A stretch of DNA of 64,000 bases from Heterodontus francisci (Eukaryota): contig NC_090417.1 of NCBI RefSeq assembly GCF_036365525.1, positions 9,446,152 to 9,510,151 of the forward strand, in the 5' to 3' direction. Position numbers and translations under genes: made by a program. Positions 42,130-52,822 of the stretch are shown here, one piece after another. How positions within the stretch are numbered: the first letter of the stretch is position 1; each line of letters begins with the position of its first letter. The notes below the pieces were generated by a model. It was given only the letters and a program-made list of their open reading frames with translations, was not told the DNA's origin and searched no databases.

Positions 42130-42880
42130 CAGATGCACACCTGCCCTTTCCCCTCCTCCCTTCCCACTGTCCAGGGTTCCAAACACGACTTCAAGGTGAA
42201 AGAGTGATTTATTTGTACTTTTTTAACATTAGTATTCTGTATTCACTGCTCACAATGTGTTCTCTACACTGGGGAGACCAAACACAGACTGGACGATCAT
42301 TTTGCTGAACACCACTGTTCAGTCTGGAATTATGACCCTGAGCTTCTGGTTGTCTGTCATTTTAATTCTCCGTGCAACTCTGACCTCTCTGTCCTTGGCC
42401 TCCGATGGTGTTCCAATGAAGCTGCGTGGAAGCTTGAGGAATGGCGCCTTTTCTTTCAATTAGGTGTTTTACAGCCTTCTGAACTCTATTGAGTTCCACA
42501 ATTTCAGATCATAACTACTCCCTTTTGTTTGGACAACAGCAGTCGTAATGATTCTGCTGTTGCCATTTATAGCTCTTCTTGGCTCATCTGTTTGGTTTCT
42601 TTTACTTGTTCCATTACCATCCCCTTTTGTCTTGCCCCATCATCCCTTTATTCATTTAACCACTCCTCTCTCCTACCCTATCACAGACATTCTCTTTGGT
42701 TCTTTCTTCCCCTCTCCCGCCCTTTCTCAGCCTTTTTACTTGGTTAAAATCTGCTGCACCTGGGACATCTTCCAGTTATGATGGAAGGTCAATGATCTGA
42801 AACTCATTCAGTTTATCTCACTTGACCACTTGAGTTTTTCCAGCATTTTCTGTAAAATTTCAGATTTCCAACTTGCCGAA
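42130..42880 (+). mobile_element. Penelope-like element remnant with GIY-YIG endonuclease fragment and pLTR
   Basis: About 42229-42312 translates LVFCIHCSQCVLYTGETKHRLDDHFAEH; followed by a degenerate ORF end and pLTR. Confidence 0.75.
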
Positions 42881-43410
42881 ATGCTTTTTGAAATGTAGTC
42901 ACTGTTGTAATTGAGGAAACATGGCAGCTCATTTGAGCACAGCATGAGCTTGAGATTAAAAATGATCAGATAATTTGCTTGTGATGCTGGGTGACAGATA
43001 AAGATTGTCCAAGACACAAGGAGAGCTCCCCTGCTTTCCTTCAAATTGTGCCATGGGATCGTTTACATCAATTTGAGAGGGCAGAAGGAGTGTTAGTTTT
43101 AACATCTCATTTGAAAGATGAGCCCTCCAACATTGCAGCACTCCTTCAGACCTGCACTGGAGTGTCAGCCTAGATTACGCGCTCAAGTTGCTGGAGAATG
43201 GGGCTTGAACTCACGGACTTTTGATTCGGCTGACCCCTGTTTTGTGTCGTGTTTACCTTTCAGTGAGGATGGCTACACTGCTCAATTTTGTTTCCAGTTC
43301 TTTATCATTTCCCAATGCTGCATTGCAATGGCCTTTCAGTTGTCGCTGGATAAGAGGTCATGTTTCAGTCTTGTCTTTGAGTTTAATGGCCATTTGTCTC
43401 TGTCTCTCAG

Positions 43411-43592
43411 GTGTTACTCGTCTGTGGGACGTGTTGGTGGGATGCAGCTTATCTCACTCAATCACCAGTGCCTGAAGAAGGGGAAAGGAGTTGTTGAACA
43501 TGAGATCATGCACTCACTGGGCTTCTGGCATGAGCATGCGAGGAGCGACCGAGACAAATACATCAAGATTGAGTGGAAGAACGTGTGGCCTG
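43411..43592 (+). CDS. ASTL: Ovastacin-like exon 6 (zinc-binding motif)
   Basis: CYSSVGRVGGMQLISLNHQCLKKGKGVVEHEIMHSLGFWHEHARSDRDKYIKIEWKNVWP; intact HExxHxxGFxHExxRxDRD. Confidence 0.97.
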
Positions 43593-44490
43593 GTAATATG
43601 GTTCCTTTCCTTCCACTTGCCCGTCAGTACATGTCTGGATAATCCCCCTCCCATCAGACTAAACTTGAAGCCAAATTCAGGGAATCTCAGAGCCTTGGGA
43701 CCCTGTAAAGTATTTCGAGCACGAATGGGCCATTTGACCCAACATGTCCATGCCAGTGTTTATGCAGCCTCCTCCTGCCCTTCTTCATCCAATCCCATCA
43801 CCATATTCTACTGTTCCTTCTTAACTCATTTATCTAGCTTCTCCTTAAATGCATCAACACTATTAGCCTCAACTACACCTTGTGGTATCAAGTTCCACAT
43901 TTCAACCACACCCTGAGTGGAGGAGTTTCTCCTGAATTCCTTATTGGATTTATTGGTGACTATATTTATGTCCCTTCGTTCTGGTTTCACCTGCAAGTAG
44001 AATTGCCTTCTCTATGTCTGCCCTGTCAAACCCTTTTAAAATCTTGAAGACCACTATCAGATCAGCCTTCCAGTCTTATCTAGGAGGCACACTTGAAAGC
44101 AGAGAAGATCTGCTCCAGGGAGCGTGAGATTCCTTTCCAAGTCTTTGTTTGTAAGTGCAACCAGAGCAGGGAGAAGCCGATATCTGCTATCATCTCCAGT
44201 ACCACATTTAGACAATATGTCTGAAACTGAGATGGATTTGAAACCTAGAACCAACCTGCTCTGAAATTGCTTACGCACGATCAGTAGGTCCTGATGCAAG
44301 GGAAGAGTAATTGAAGTTCAGACGAATAGAGTGGACCTAATTTGCTCACGTTATGAAGGTACCCCATGGTTTGTAATGGAGTGCTTTTATTAGTTAATGC
44401 AAGACATCCTGACATAGAAAGATATCTTTTAAGAAGTGTAGTTTTGTTTATTGCTAACATGTGCCATTGGCTACCTGGCTTCTGTTTCAG

Positions 44491-44572
44491 GTTATGAACA
44501 CAATTTCTTGAAGCAAAACACCAACAATCTAATGTCCAAATATGATTATGGCTCCATTTTGCACTACAGCAG
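44491..44572 (+). CDS. ASTL: Ovastacin-like exon 7 (Met-turn region, reads SILHY)
   Basis: GYEHNFLKQNTNNLMSKYDYGSILHYSR; tttcag|...|gtgagt; phase 1 to 2. Confidence 0.94.
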
Positions 44573-45276
44573 GTGAGTACAGTGGGGAGTTGGTATTGCA
44601 GCCACTCCTTTCTCTGTATAGCCTGAGTTGGAAGTAACTGAAGCCTGGGGAACATCTCAGGGGCTGACAACATAGTCACAAACTGATGTGAAGCCCTGAA
44701 TTAAATCTCAGCCCAGATGCTCTTATCCTGCATGTCATCTGGAACTTTGCACCTTCCCTAAATTTGAGCTTATCCAAAATTTTGCTGCTCGTTTCCTAAA
44801 TTGCACCAAGTCCCATTCACCCGTCACCCCGATGTTTGCTGATTTACATTGGTTCCTGGCGCAGCAACACTCCTTTTATTTTGATAGAAGAAAACTCACA
44901 GTTGTTTTCAAATTTCTCCATGGTCTTGCCCCTCCCTACCTCTGTAATCTTCTTCAGCCCGACAATCCTCCAAGATCTCTGTGCTGCTCCAATTTTGGCC
45001 TCTTACATGTCCCTGATTTATCACTCCACCATTGCTGGCAGTGTCTTCAGCTGCCTGGGAACTTTATAAAGTGATCCTTAAAATCAACCTCTTTGACAGA
45101 GCTTTTGGTCATCTTTCCGAATAGCTCCTCATGTGGCTCAGTATCACAGTTTGTTTGACAATCCTCCTCTGAATTGCCTGAGGACATTTTACTGTGTTAA
45201 AGGTGAGATGTAATGCAAGTTGTTTTATTTCATGACACCTGCTTTAATGTGCAATAAACTTCTTGCCCAAATGTAG

Positions 45277-45437
45277 GACTGCATTTTCCAAGAACGGACA
45301 GCCAACCCTAAGAAAACTTATGGATACCGATGCTGTGATTGGCCAGCGTATCCGGCTGAGTGAGCTGGACTTGCTGAAGGTTAACAGGCTCTACAACTGC
45401 ACCACGCATCTGAAAGATAAGGCGAATTTGTTGAAAC
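45277..45437 (+). CDS. ASTL: Ovastacin-like exon 8 (end of catalytic domain)
   Basis: TAFSKNGQPTLRKLMDTDAVIGQRIRLSELDLLKVNRLYNCTTHLKDKANLLK c|gtaagg; IGQR...LS..D...LYNC motif. Confidence 0.93.
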
Positions 45438-46806
45438 GTAAGGGTCTGAGGAACCAATTCTTTTAAGAGAACCCTTGACTCCTCTAACGTTCAAATGGGT
45501 CTTGATCCTGTGTGAAAACCACAACAAAAATCAATCACAAGTTTATGCAGGTCTGAGTTATATGAATCCAAGCCAAATTGTAAAGAATGCAGTGAGACAC
45601 AGATCTCTTTCTTGATAGTAGGTTTATTCACAGAATGCAGCATTGCGTATCTCTGCCTCCTCCTTTTGCCCTGCCCTGTCTGCCTGTGTCCCAGCAGGCT
45701 GTCTTTAATTCAGGACTTCGAGTGGATCTAAACAATGCCTTTCACATGAGTATCTTCAACAAAATAATTAACCTACTATTAACAGTCTGTGTCCATGAGC
45801 ATAGCAAATAACCTCTTACTCGTTCTTCCTTGGTTTCCCTCTGTGCTGCTCCTGCTTACTTTCATGGACCGCCGGTGTTATTTTTCTCACCTGATGCTGC
45901 TTGTCTGTTTGTCCCCATACTCCCTCATTTAGGAGGAGGGAAAAGAAAAACAAGATTTTTTCAAAAACATGAAATTGCTTTTGAATTCCTGAATAAGACC
46001 TGGCAGTTTGCAAGACTCTGAGAACTATACTCATGATCCACTGATTTGAAAACTGTTTGTGGGCAGCTGAATACAAAAGTTGCAGAACGCAACTGAACTC
46101 GTACTGATGTGTCTCTATAATATCCAAGACATTGCAGTTTAAATGCGCGTAACAGGTTATTGTGGAATGTATGGAGGGTACATGTACTCACTGAATTATC
46201 AGGTGAGTTCCACAAGGAATCCATTAATAGGATTTAACCTTTATTAGCAGCAATACTTTCAGAGCTACTGCATGCACTGCAGGTTGGGTGCTGTTCTGTG
46301 AGTTCAACTTTCAGTTAACAATTGTTTTGCAACTTCCTGCACAAGAGAAGCTTTCAGTCAAGAGCTATCTGCAGAATCTCTCAGATTCGTCAGTGATAGT
46401 AACTACTGACATGATCAGGGATAGGAAACTTGGGATTCGCGGATGTGCTATAACCAAGCTGGGGAGGTGAGTGTCCATCTTGAGAGTAAACAGTAACCCT
46501 TTATTTGTATGATAATGGCATTGTACAAGGAGAATGGTATGTAGATAGGATGGGCTCTTCCTATCTAAGTGTTGGTACACAGTGCTGCTTGTATATGTCT
46601 CTGGATTGCAGATACAGAAGCCTTTATGCATAAAGAAGGTCGTGATCCCATAACAAATCTCGATACTCAAAAGCACAGTGAGTAGAAAAATTTCTTGCTG
46701 TTGTGATTAAATAACTTTTGAAGAGGGACGCTCCTGATTTGGTTTACCCTGTGTAATATCGGTGGCATTCCAGGAGCTGTGGTTAAGCACATACCCTTCT
46801 ACTGCA

Positions 46807-46881
46807 TGTCCTTCACACAACAGCCTTGAGTCACAGCTTCCTGTCCTTCACACAACAGCCTTGAGTCACAGCTTCCTGTCC
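46807..46881. repeat. Perfect 35-bp tandem duplication
   Basis: tgtccttcacacaacagccttgagtcacagcttcc x2 plus tgtcc. Confidence 0.9.
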
Positions 46882-47657
46882 ATGTTGTTCACAGAATTTT
46901 TGTTCTCTTCATTCTGTGTATCCATAGAAAAGATTTCTTTTTAGTCACGAGCTTGGTACAATTAGCCTGTGCATAAGGGAGAGGGTTCTGTGGCTCACTG
47001 ACTCCTTCACCAACAGCACGACTCTTGGTGATGCTCTGATGTGACAAAACAGAACTGTTTTCCCTTTCCCTGTCGTGAGGGGCTGCCTTTCCAACATGTG
47101 CTTGAACTAAAAGTCGAACTGACGGCAGAATATACCCAGCAGACCGCTTCAGCTTGAAGCATGTGGGATTGTTCTCCTTAAAGCGAAGGAGATTTGATAG
47201 AAGTGTTCAAAATCGTGAAGGGCTTTGATAGTATAAAGGAAGAGAAACTGTTTCCAGTGATGGAATGGTGGGGAGCTGGAGTTCACAGGTTTCAGACGAT
47301 TGGCAAAAAAAAAGAGGTAACATGAACAAAGTTTTTTTCACAAGAAGTTGTGATCTGGAATGCGCTGCCTGAAAGGGCAGTGGAAGCAAATCCAATATTA
47401 GATTCAAAAATGAACTGGAGAAATATTTGAAGGGGGCAAAGATGATAGGGTTAAAGGGAATGAATAGGGAAATGGGACTAATTTGGATAGTTGTACCAAA
47501 GAGCTGGCAGAGGGATGTTGGGCTGAATTGCTACCTTCCATATCATTCTATAATTCATGAAACCTCAACAACTGACACTTTAAAGTTGCAAATCCTTATT
47601 TAAACTGTTCGATTTCTTCCCCCCTCCTCCCACCCCACCCCACCCAAATCACCTTAG

Positions 47658-50378
47658 GTCTTACATTGCTATATGAAGATGGTTCCTTTCGTGAGCTTGG
47701 AAGAGCCAAAGAAGCTGGGAGATTGAAACCTGTCTTGGATATTTCTCCTGGAAAAGGGAGAGTTCACACATCAGCACATCTTGTGATGGCCTCGGGTGGG
47801 AATGGATCCATCATAAACTGGACCATGACCGCTGCCCGCAGATATCCTGAATGCTTTCTGGTACACAAGTGCTCTCCCACTTCCTGGCTGACTAAGTTGG
47901 TGCCTGCAGTTGACAGTACCTCCAGAACAGCTGTGTCAAAGGAGCCCGCACTTGAAGCTTCTGGGGACCAGATGGAGTTGTTGGGTGTTGCACAGGTCCA
48001 TAAGGGAAAAACTGAGACACTGTTTCCAACGCTAACTGAGCTGCCTTTCGTTCAGAGTCTGACCACAAATGCAGTGACCACTCGCTCCCTTCTGCACAAA
48101 ATGTCTTCTGCACTGACCATGCCATCACTGACTCAACGACCCACAGCTTGCCCCAAGGCGTATGTCACGTGCTTTACTGAAGAACCAGTTTTGCCACCGC
48201 AAAGCCATAAAACAGTTGGCCACATTGAATTGTTACCCACATTTCCCCACGCCCTTAAAATTAGCAACCAGACCCAAGAATCAATGCTGTTTCTTGCTGA
48301 CTCATTCACCAGAGGTCGGCAGAGTCTGCGACCACTTAACTGGACTGACCCACCAGACACATACACACAAACAGCCAAAGTTATCCACCAACCTTCGCCA
48401 TCAGTTGGGTTTCTTCCCACTGTGACCAATGATATTTATCCAAAACGACTGTCTATTTCCCACCAAAGACTTAAACACAGCCATCAACAAAGATTCCCCA
48501 TTCTTCCTCCAGTCACCCAGACACAGGTAACTAGACTCTTGAAAACAGTGACTCCAGCCAGTGAGATTAAGGTGCCAGCTGTGCCTGGGCAGCCCTTAAT
48601 CGCAGGCACAGGGACCACAATAGCACCTGAACCTCTTTCCACCCAGATTGAGGAAGCTAACAATGGGCAGATTAGAACGGCCTCATACACAAAAGGACCA
48701 ACAGTGGCCTCACACACAAAAGGACTGGCTTCTCTCCTGAGAACTGGGATCCTGGCGAGTTGCAACAAGGCATGCAGATCACATGCCAGTTTGGTGCCAA
48801 CTCTGCCTCCCCCTACAGAGAGCCTGCTGGTTTCCACACTCCCAGGAGAGAGCCTGCTGGTATCCACTCGGACATCAACATTGCCTCCTCCTCCAGAGAT
48901 CCTGCTGGTGTCCACTCCCCCTGTGGAATCTCTGCTGGTGTCCACTCCCCCTGCAGAACCCCAGGTGACGTCCACAGTCTCATCAACATTGCCTCCTCCT
49001 GCAGAGAAACTGCTGGTTACCAATTCTCTAGCGGAATATCTGCTGGTGTCCATTCCCCCTGCAGAATATCTGCTGGTGTCCACACCCCCTGCAGAACCTC
49101 TGCTGGTGTCTAATCCCCCTGCAGAGCCCCAGGTGGCGTCCACACTCTCATCAACATTGCGTCCTCCTGCAGAGAGACTGCTGGTTACCAATACTCTGCC
49201 AGAATCTCTGCTGGTGCCCACTCCCCCTGTAGAATCTCTGCTGGTGTCCACACCCCCTGCAGCGCCCCAGGTGGCGTCCACCCTCTCATCAACATTGCCT
49301 CCTCCTGCAGAGAGCCTGCTGGTGTCCACTCCCCTAGCAGAATCTGTGCTGGTGCCCACTCCTCCTGCAGAGCTCCCGCTGGCGTCCACACTCACATCAA
49401 CATTGCTTCCCCCTGCAGAGACCCTGCTGGTGTCCACTCCCCCTGCAGAATCTCTGCTGTTGTCCACTCCCCTTGTAGAATCTATGCTGGTGTCCATTCC
49501 CCCTGCAGAGCCCCCAGTAGCATCCATACTCTCATCAACATTGCCTCCTCCTGCAGAGAGCCTGCTGGAGTCTAGTTCTCTGGCAGAATCTCTGCTGGCG
49601 TCCACTCCCCCTGCAGAATCTCTGCTGGTGTCCACTCCCCCTGCAGAATCTCTGCTGGCGTCCACTCCCCCTGCAGAATCTCTGCTGGCGTCCACTCCCC
49701 CTGCAGAATCTCTGCTGGCGTCCACTCCCCCTGCAGAATCTCTGCTGGCGTCCAATCCCCCTGCAGAAACTCTGCTGGCATCCACTCCCCCTGCAGAGCC
49801 CCCGGTGGCATCCACTCTCTCATCAACATTGCCTCCTCCTGCAGAGAGCCCGCTGGTGTCCAGTTCTCTGGCAGAATCTCTGCTGGTGTCCACTCCCCCT
49901 GCAGAGCCCCCGGTGGCATCCACACTGTCATCAACATTGCCTCCTCCTGCAGAGAGCCTGCTGGTGTCCAGTTCTCTGGCAGAATCTCTGCTGGTGTCCA
50001 CTCCCCCTGCAGTGCCCCCACTGCCGTCCACATTCTCAACATTGCCTCCTCCTGCAGAAAGCCTGCTGGTGTTCATACCCACTGCAGGCACCAGTGCCTT
50101 TGACAGCCGGTCACTTATTTCACCATTGACTTTGACCAGATTGTTCAATCCTGTGGTGAGCAACCCCTTGTATGATGTGAATATGATTTCTCCCAGTCAC
50201 TCAGTGTTGTCTGATGAACTTTCTGTGGAATTGCTCTGTGACTTTGAACATGGTCTGTGTGACTGGGAACAGTCCACGACAGATGACTTTGACTGGATGC
50301 TTCATCGCCACCAAACATTCTCCAGGGAAACGGGACCAAAACGGGACCATACGAAAGGCCAGTGCAAAGGCCAAGGAG
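47658..50378 (+). CDS. ASTL: Ovastacin-like exon 9 (2721 nt): Pro/Thr/Ser mucin-like stalk and start of MAM domain
   Basis: Open over 906 codons; ttag|gt ctt aca ttg fits the phase-1 donor of exon 8; ends CDFEHGLCDWEQSTTDDFDW...TGPKRDHT...QG g|gtgagg (MAM N-terminus). Confidence 0.85.
48800..50090 (+). repeat. Coding minisatellite: 30-bp (ESLLxSTPPA) and 48-bp (EPPVASTLSSTLPPPA) units
   Basis: Near-perfect 30-bp run at about 49580-49800 (tctgctggcgtccactccccctgcagaatc). Confidence 0.95.
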
Positions 50379-51350
50379 GTGAGGAAGTATTGTGAGAGTT
50401 TGAGGCATTTGGGAGATTGGAGTGAAGGAAGAAAGGGACAGCTTATATTTTTGGGCTTGCTTTCCAAAATCGGCACAGGCAATGGATAGATGTGACGAAA
50501 AGAAAGGTTCTGAATGTGTAAATCTCAAATCATGTTCATTAACATCTGGTAAGACAGAATACAGGTTAACCTTTCCTTTGTATGTTCTTCAGAACTCAAT
50601 TTATTTTTTATTCATTCATGGGACGTAGAAGTCGCTGGCAAAACCATTTATTGCCCATCAGACGGTGATGGTGTGCTGCCTTCGTGGCTTGCTGTGCCAT
50701 TTTAGAGGGCAATTAAGAGTCAACCACATTGCTGTGGGTCTGGAGTCTTGTATCGGCCAGATTGGATAAGAACTGCAGCTTTCCTTCCTTAAAGAACATG
50801 GATTTTTACAACAATCCGGTAGCTTCATGGTCATGAATGCTGATGCTCGCTTTTTAGTTCATATTTGTATTAACTGAATCCAGTTCACAAACTGCTATGG
50901 TGGGATTTGAACTCGTGTCTCTGGATTACTGGTCCAGTCATGTAACCACAATGCAATCATACCCATGTTTGATTGATTGTTGATGGTTAGGCTGTGGCCA
51001 GTTTGGGTACCTGCTTACATCACCCTCTCAGAACCACAGGGGAAAAATGCGATATGGATTTACGAGTTTGATAACTCGAATTAAAGGATTTAAGTTATGT
51101 TGAGAGGCATGTGATGTGTTCACTGGAACAGAGAAAATTAAGGGATAATCTAATAAGAGGGTTCAAAGTTCTTAGTGTTTGAGAGTATAAATTTTGAATT
51201 AGTAGTAAGAACTTGATAGGTACAAGGTTGGGAAACGAAATAGAGTCAATATCCAAACAGATTTTTGTTTTAGAGGTACTATTTATGACATTTTTTGATG
51301 GATGCGATGGTCAGATGGTTGGTTTGATGGGCTTTTTTTTTTAAATGCAG

Positions 51351-51476
51351 GTCGCTACCTGTACCTAGAAGCTTCGTATCCTCAGCAGAGTGGTGAACAG
51401 GCTGCACTCATCAGCCCTCTATTGAGAGGACAGAAGTGCTTGGCATTCTGGTACAATATGTTTGGCAAACATATGG
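51351..51476 (+). CDS. ASTL: Ovastacin-like exon 10 (MAM domain)
   Basis: GRYLYLEASYPQQSGEQAALISPLLRGQKCLAFWYNMFGKHM; typical MAM G.YLY.EAS, L.SP and CL.FWY.M.G; phase 1 to 1. Confidence 0.92.
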
Positions 51477-52032
51477 GTGAGTTGTGAAGGACCCAGACAC
51501 CAGCTTCAAACTTTTACTTGTCATAATTCACAGAAAGTACCTGACTTCAGCTCACTGCCAAAAAAAAGGTTGGCATGAAGAAAACTGCCATTTGTAACTG
51601 TGTGTGATGAAGGGCAGAAATGCATTTATAAGCAGAGGATGGAGCTTGTGAAGACGTGTGTTTGTGTGGTGTAGCTGATGTGCAGTGGGTACTGGAGGGG
51701 ATTAAGTGTGTGGGACTGTGTGGAGGTTAATGTGTAGAGAGCAGGAACTCCTAGATTAGATTAACATTGAAGGAGCAATGTAAATCGGGATGGGAAAACA
51801 CGAGGAAACATCACTTAAGGCAGATGGATTGGTTTATTGCTGACTGGCGGGAAAGCAGCAATGTGATCTTAGATTTGCTTTTGATATTCTCTGTCCACTG
51901 TAAATGACACTATCTTAATGGAAACCTTTTAATCAGGGACACCATGGGGGTGGGGGGGGGGATGCACTTAAGTTTAAAAATCAACTGCATGGAGGAAATG
52001 ATGACGGAGAGTCCAAATCCGTTTTCTTGCAG

Positions 52033-52163
52033 GTTCCTTAAATGTATTCCTGAAATATGAGAACTCTCCTCACTGGCACAAACTGTGGTCCGTCTCTGGA
52101 AACCAAGGCCGGAGGTGGCTAAATGCTGAGATTGATATTTTCACGAATGGGGAGATGTATCGA
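52033..52163 (+). CDS. ASTL: Ovastacin-like exon 11 (MAM domain)
   Basis: GSLNVFLKYENSPHWHKLWSVSGNQGRRWLNAEIDIFTNGEMYR|gtaagt; MAM LW..SGNQG..W. Confidence 0.92.
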
Positions 52164-52669
52164 GTAAGTCAAAATATGGTTTGTGTTGCGTTAAACAGGA
52201 AGGATCAGCATGCAAGCTGCTCAGGAAAGAGTCCCATCAAACATCAACTGTTATTGTCCGGTTAAACTGTTCGGTCTGCTTTGATTCAATTAAATTTAGA
52301 ACACAGGCAGGGGAAACTCCATGACATGGAGAGTTGTGAGGGTGTGGAATTCATTTCCAGGGTTAGTTGTGGCAGAAACTATGTTGCCATTCGATTGGAT
52401 AGATGCATCAATGGAAAAGGTTGAAAGGATATGGCAACAGGTCAGTTAAATGAACAGGATTGTTTGCTCACATGGAGGAGAAATGCTAACACGGACTGGA
52501 TGGGCTGAATGGCCTGATTACCTGTTACAATGTCTGGATGTTTCTTGGTTTATTCTTCAGCCAGGCTGAGCAGCTGCTTGAAGAAACCTTCACCATCCAT
52601 ACCTGGCGTTTAGTATTTTACTGTCGCTCAGTTTCTCTTTACAGATCTGACTCGTCTTTGTCTCTTCAG

Positions 52670-52822
52670 GTGATTATTGAAGGCGTACTGGGACTGAACT
52701 ATCAGAGCGATGCTGCCATTGATGATGTACATATCTACAGAAGCAGCTGTGCTCCAGGCAAGAAGCACCCGCCATCCTGCAACCGCGGCCTGAAGAAAAG
52801 GGACAAATCTCTCATGGGTTAG
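52670..52822 (+). CDS. ASTL: Ovastacin-like exon 12 (end of MAM domain, probable stop)
   Basis: VIIEGVLGLNYQSDAAIDDVHIYRSSCAPGKKHPPSCNRGLKKRDKSLMG-stop; MAM AIDDV...C; AATAAA at 53100. Confidence 0.8.
   Translation: MIIEGVLGLNYQSDAAIDDVHIYRSSCAPGKKHPPSCNRGLKKRDKSLMG

Noticed and set aside
46346-46466. Possible extra exon (KLSVKSYLQNL...TKLG) between exons 8 and 9 of the protease
   Set aside because: Its donor is phase 2 and would put exon 9 out of frame (stop within six codons); direct exon 8 to 9 splicing is in frame.
48800-50090. CRISPR-like regular 30-bp repeats
   Set aside because: The repeats are head-to-tail with no unique spacers, lie in a vertebrate coding exon, and there are no cas genes.
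48484-50163. 559-aa minus-strand ORF (SAGGVDTSRD repeats)
   Set aside because: It is the antisense shadow of the stop-poor coding minisatellite; the + frame links in phase to the astacin and MAM exons.
37232-52822. Calling the gene meprin A (MEP1A/MEP1B)
   Set aside because: MAM is separated from the protease by about 850 aa, no MATH/TRAF, EGF or TM exons were found, and the propeptide and catalytic motifs resemble ASTL more.
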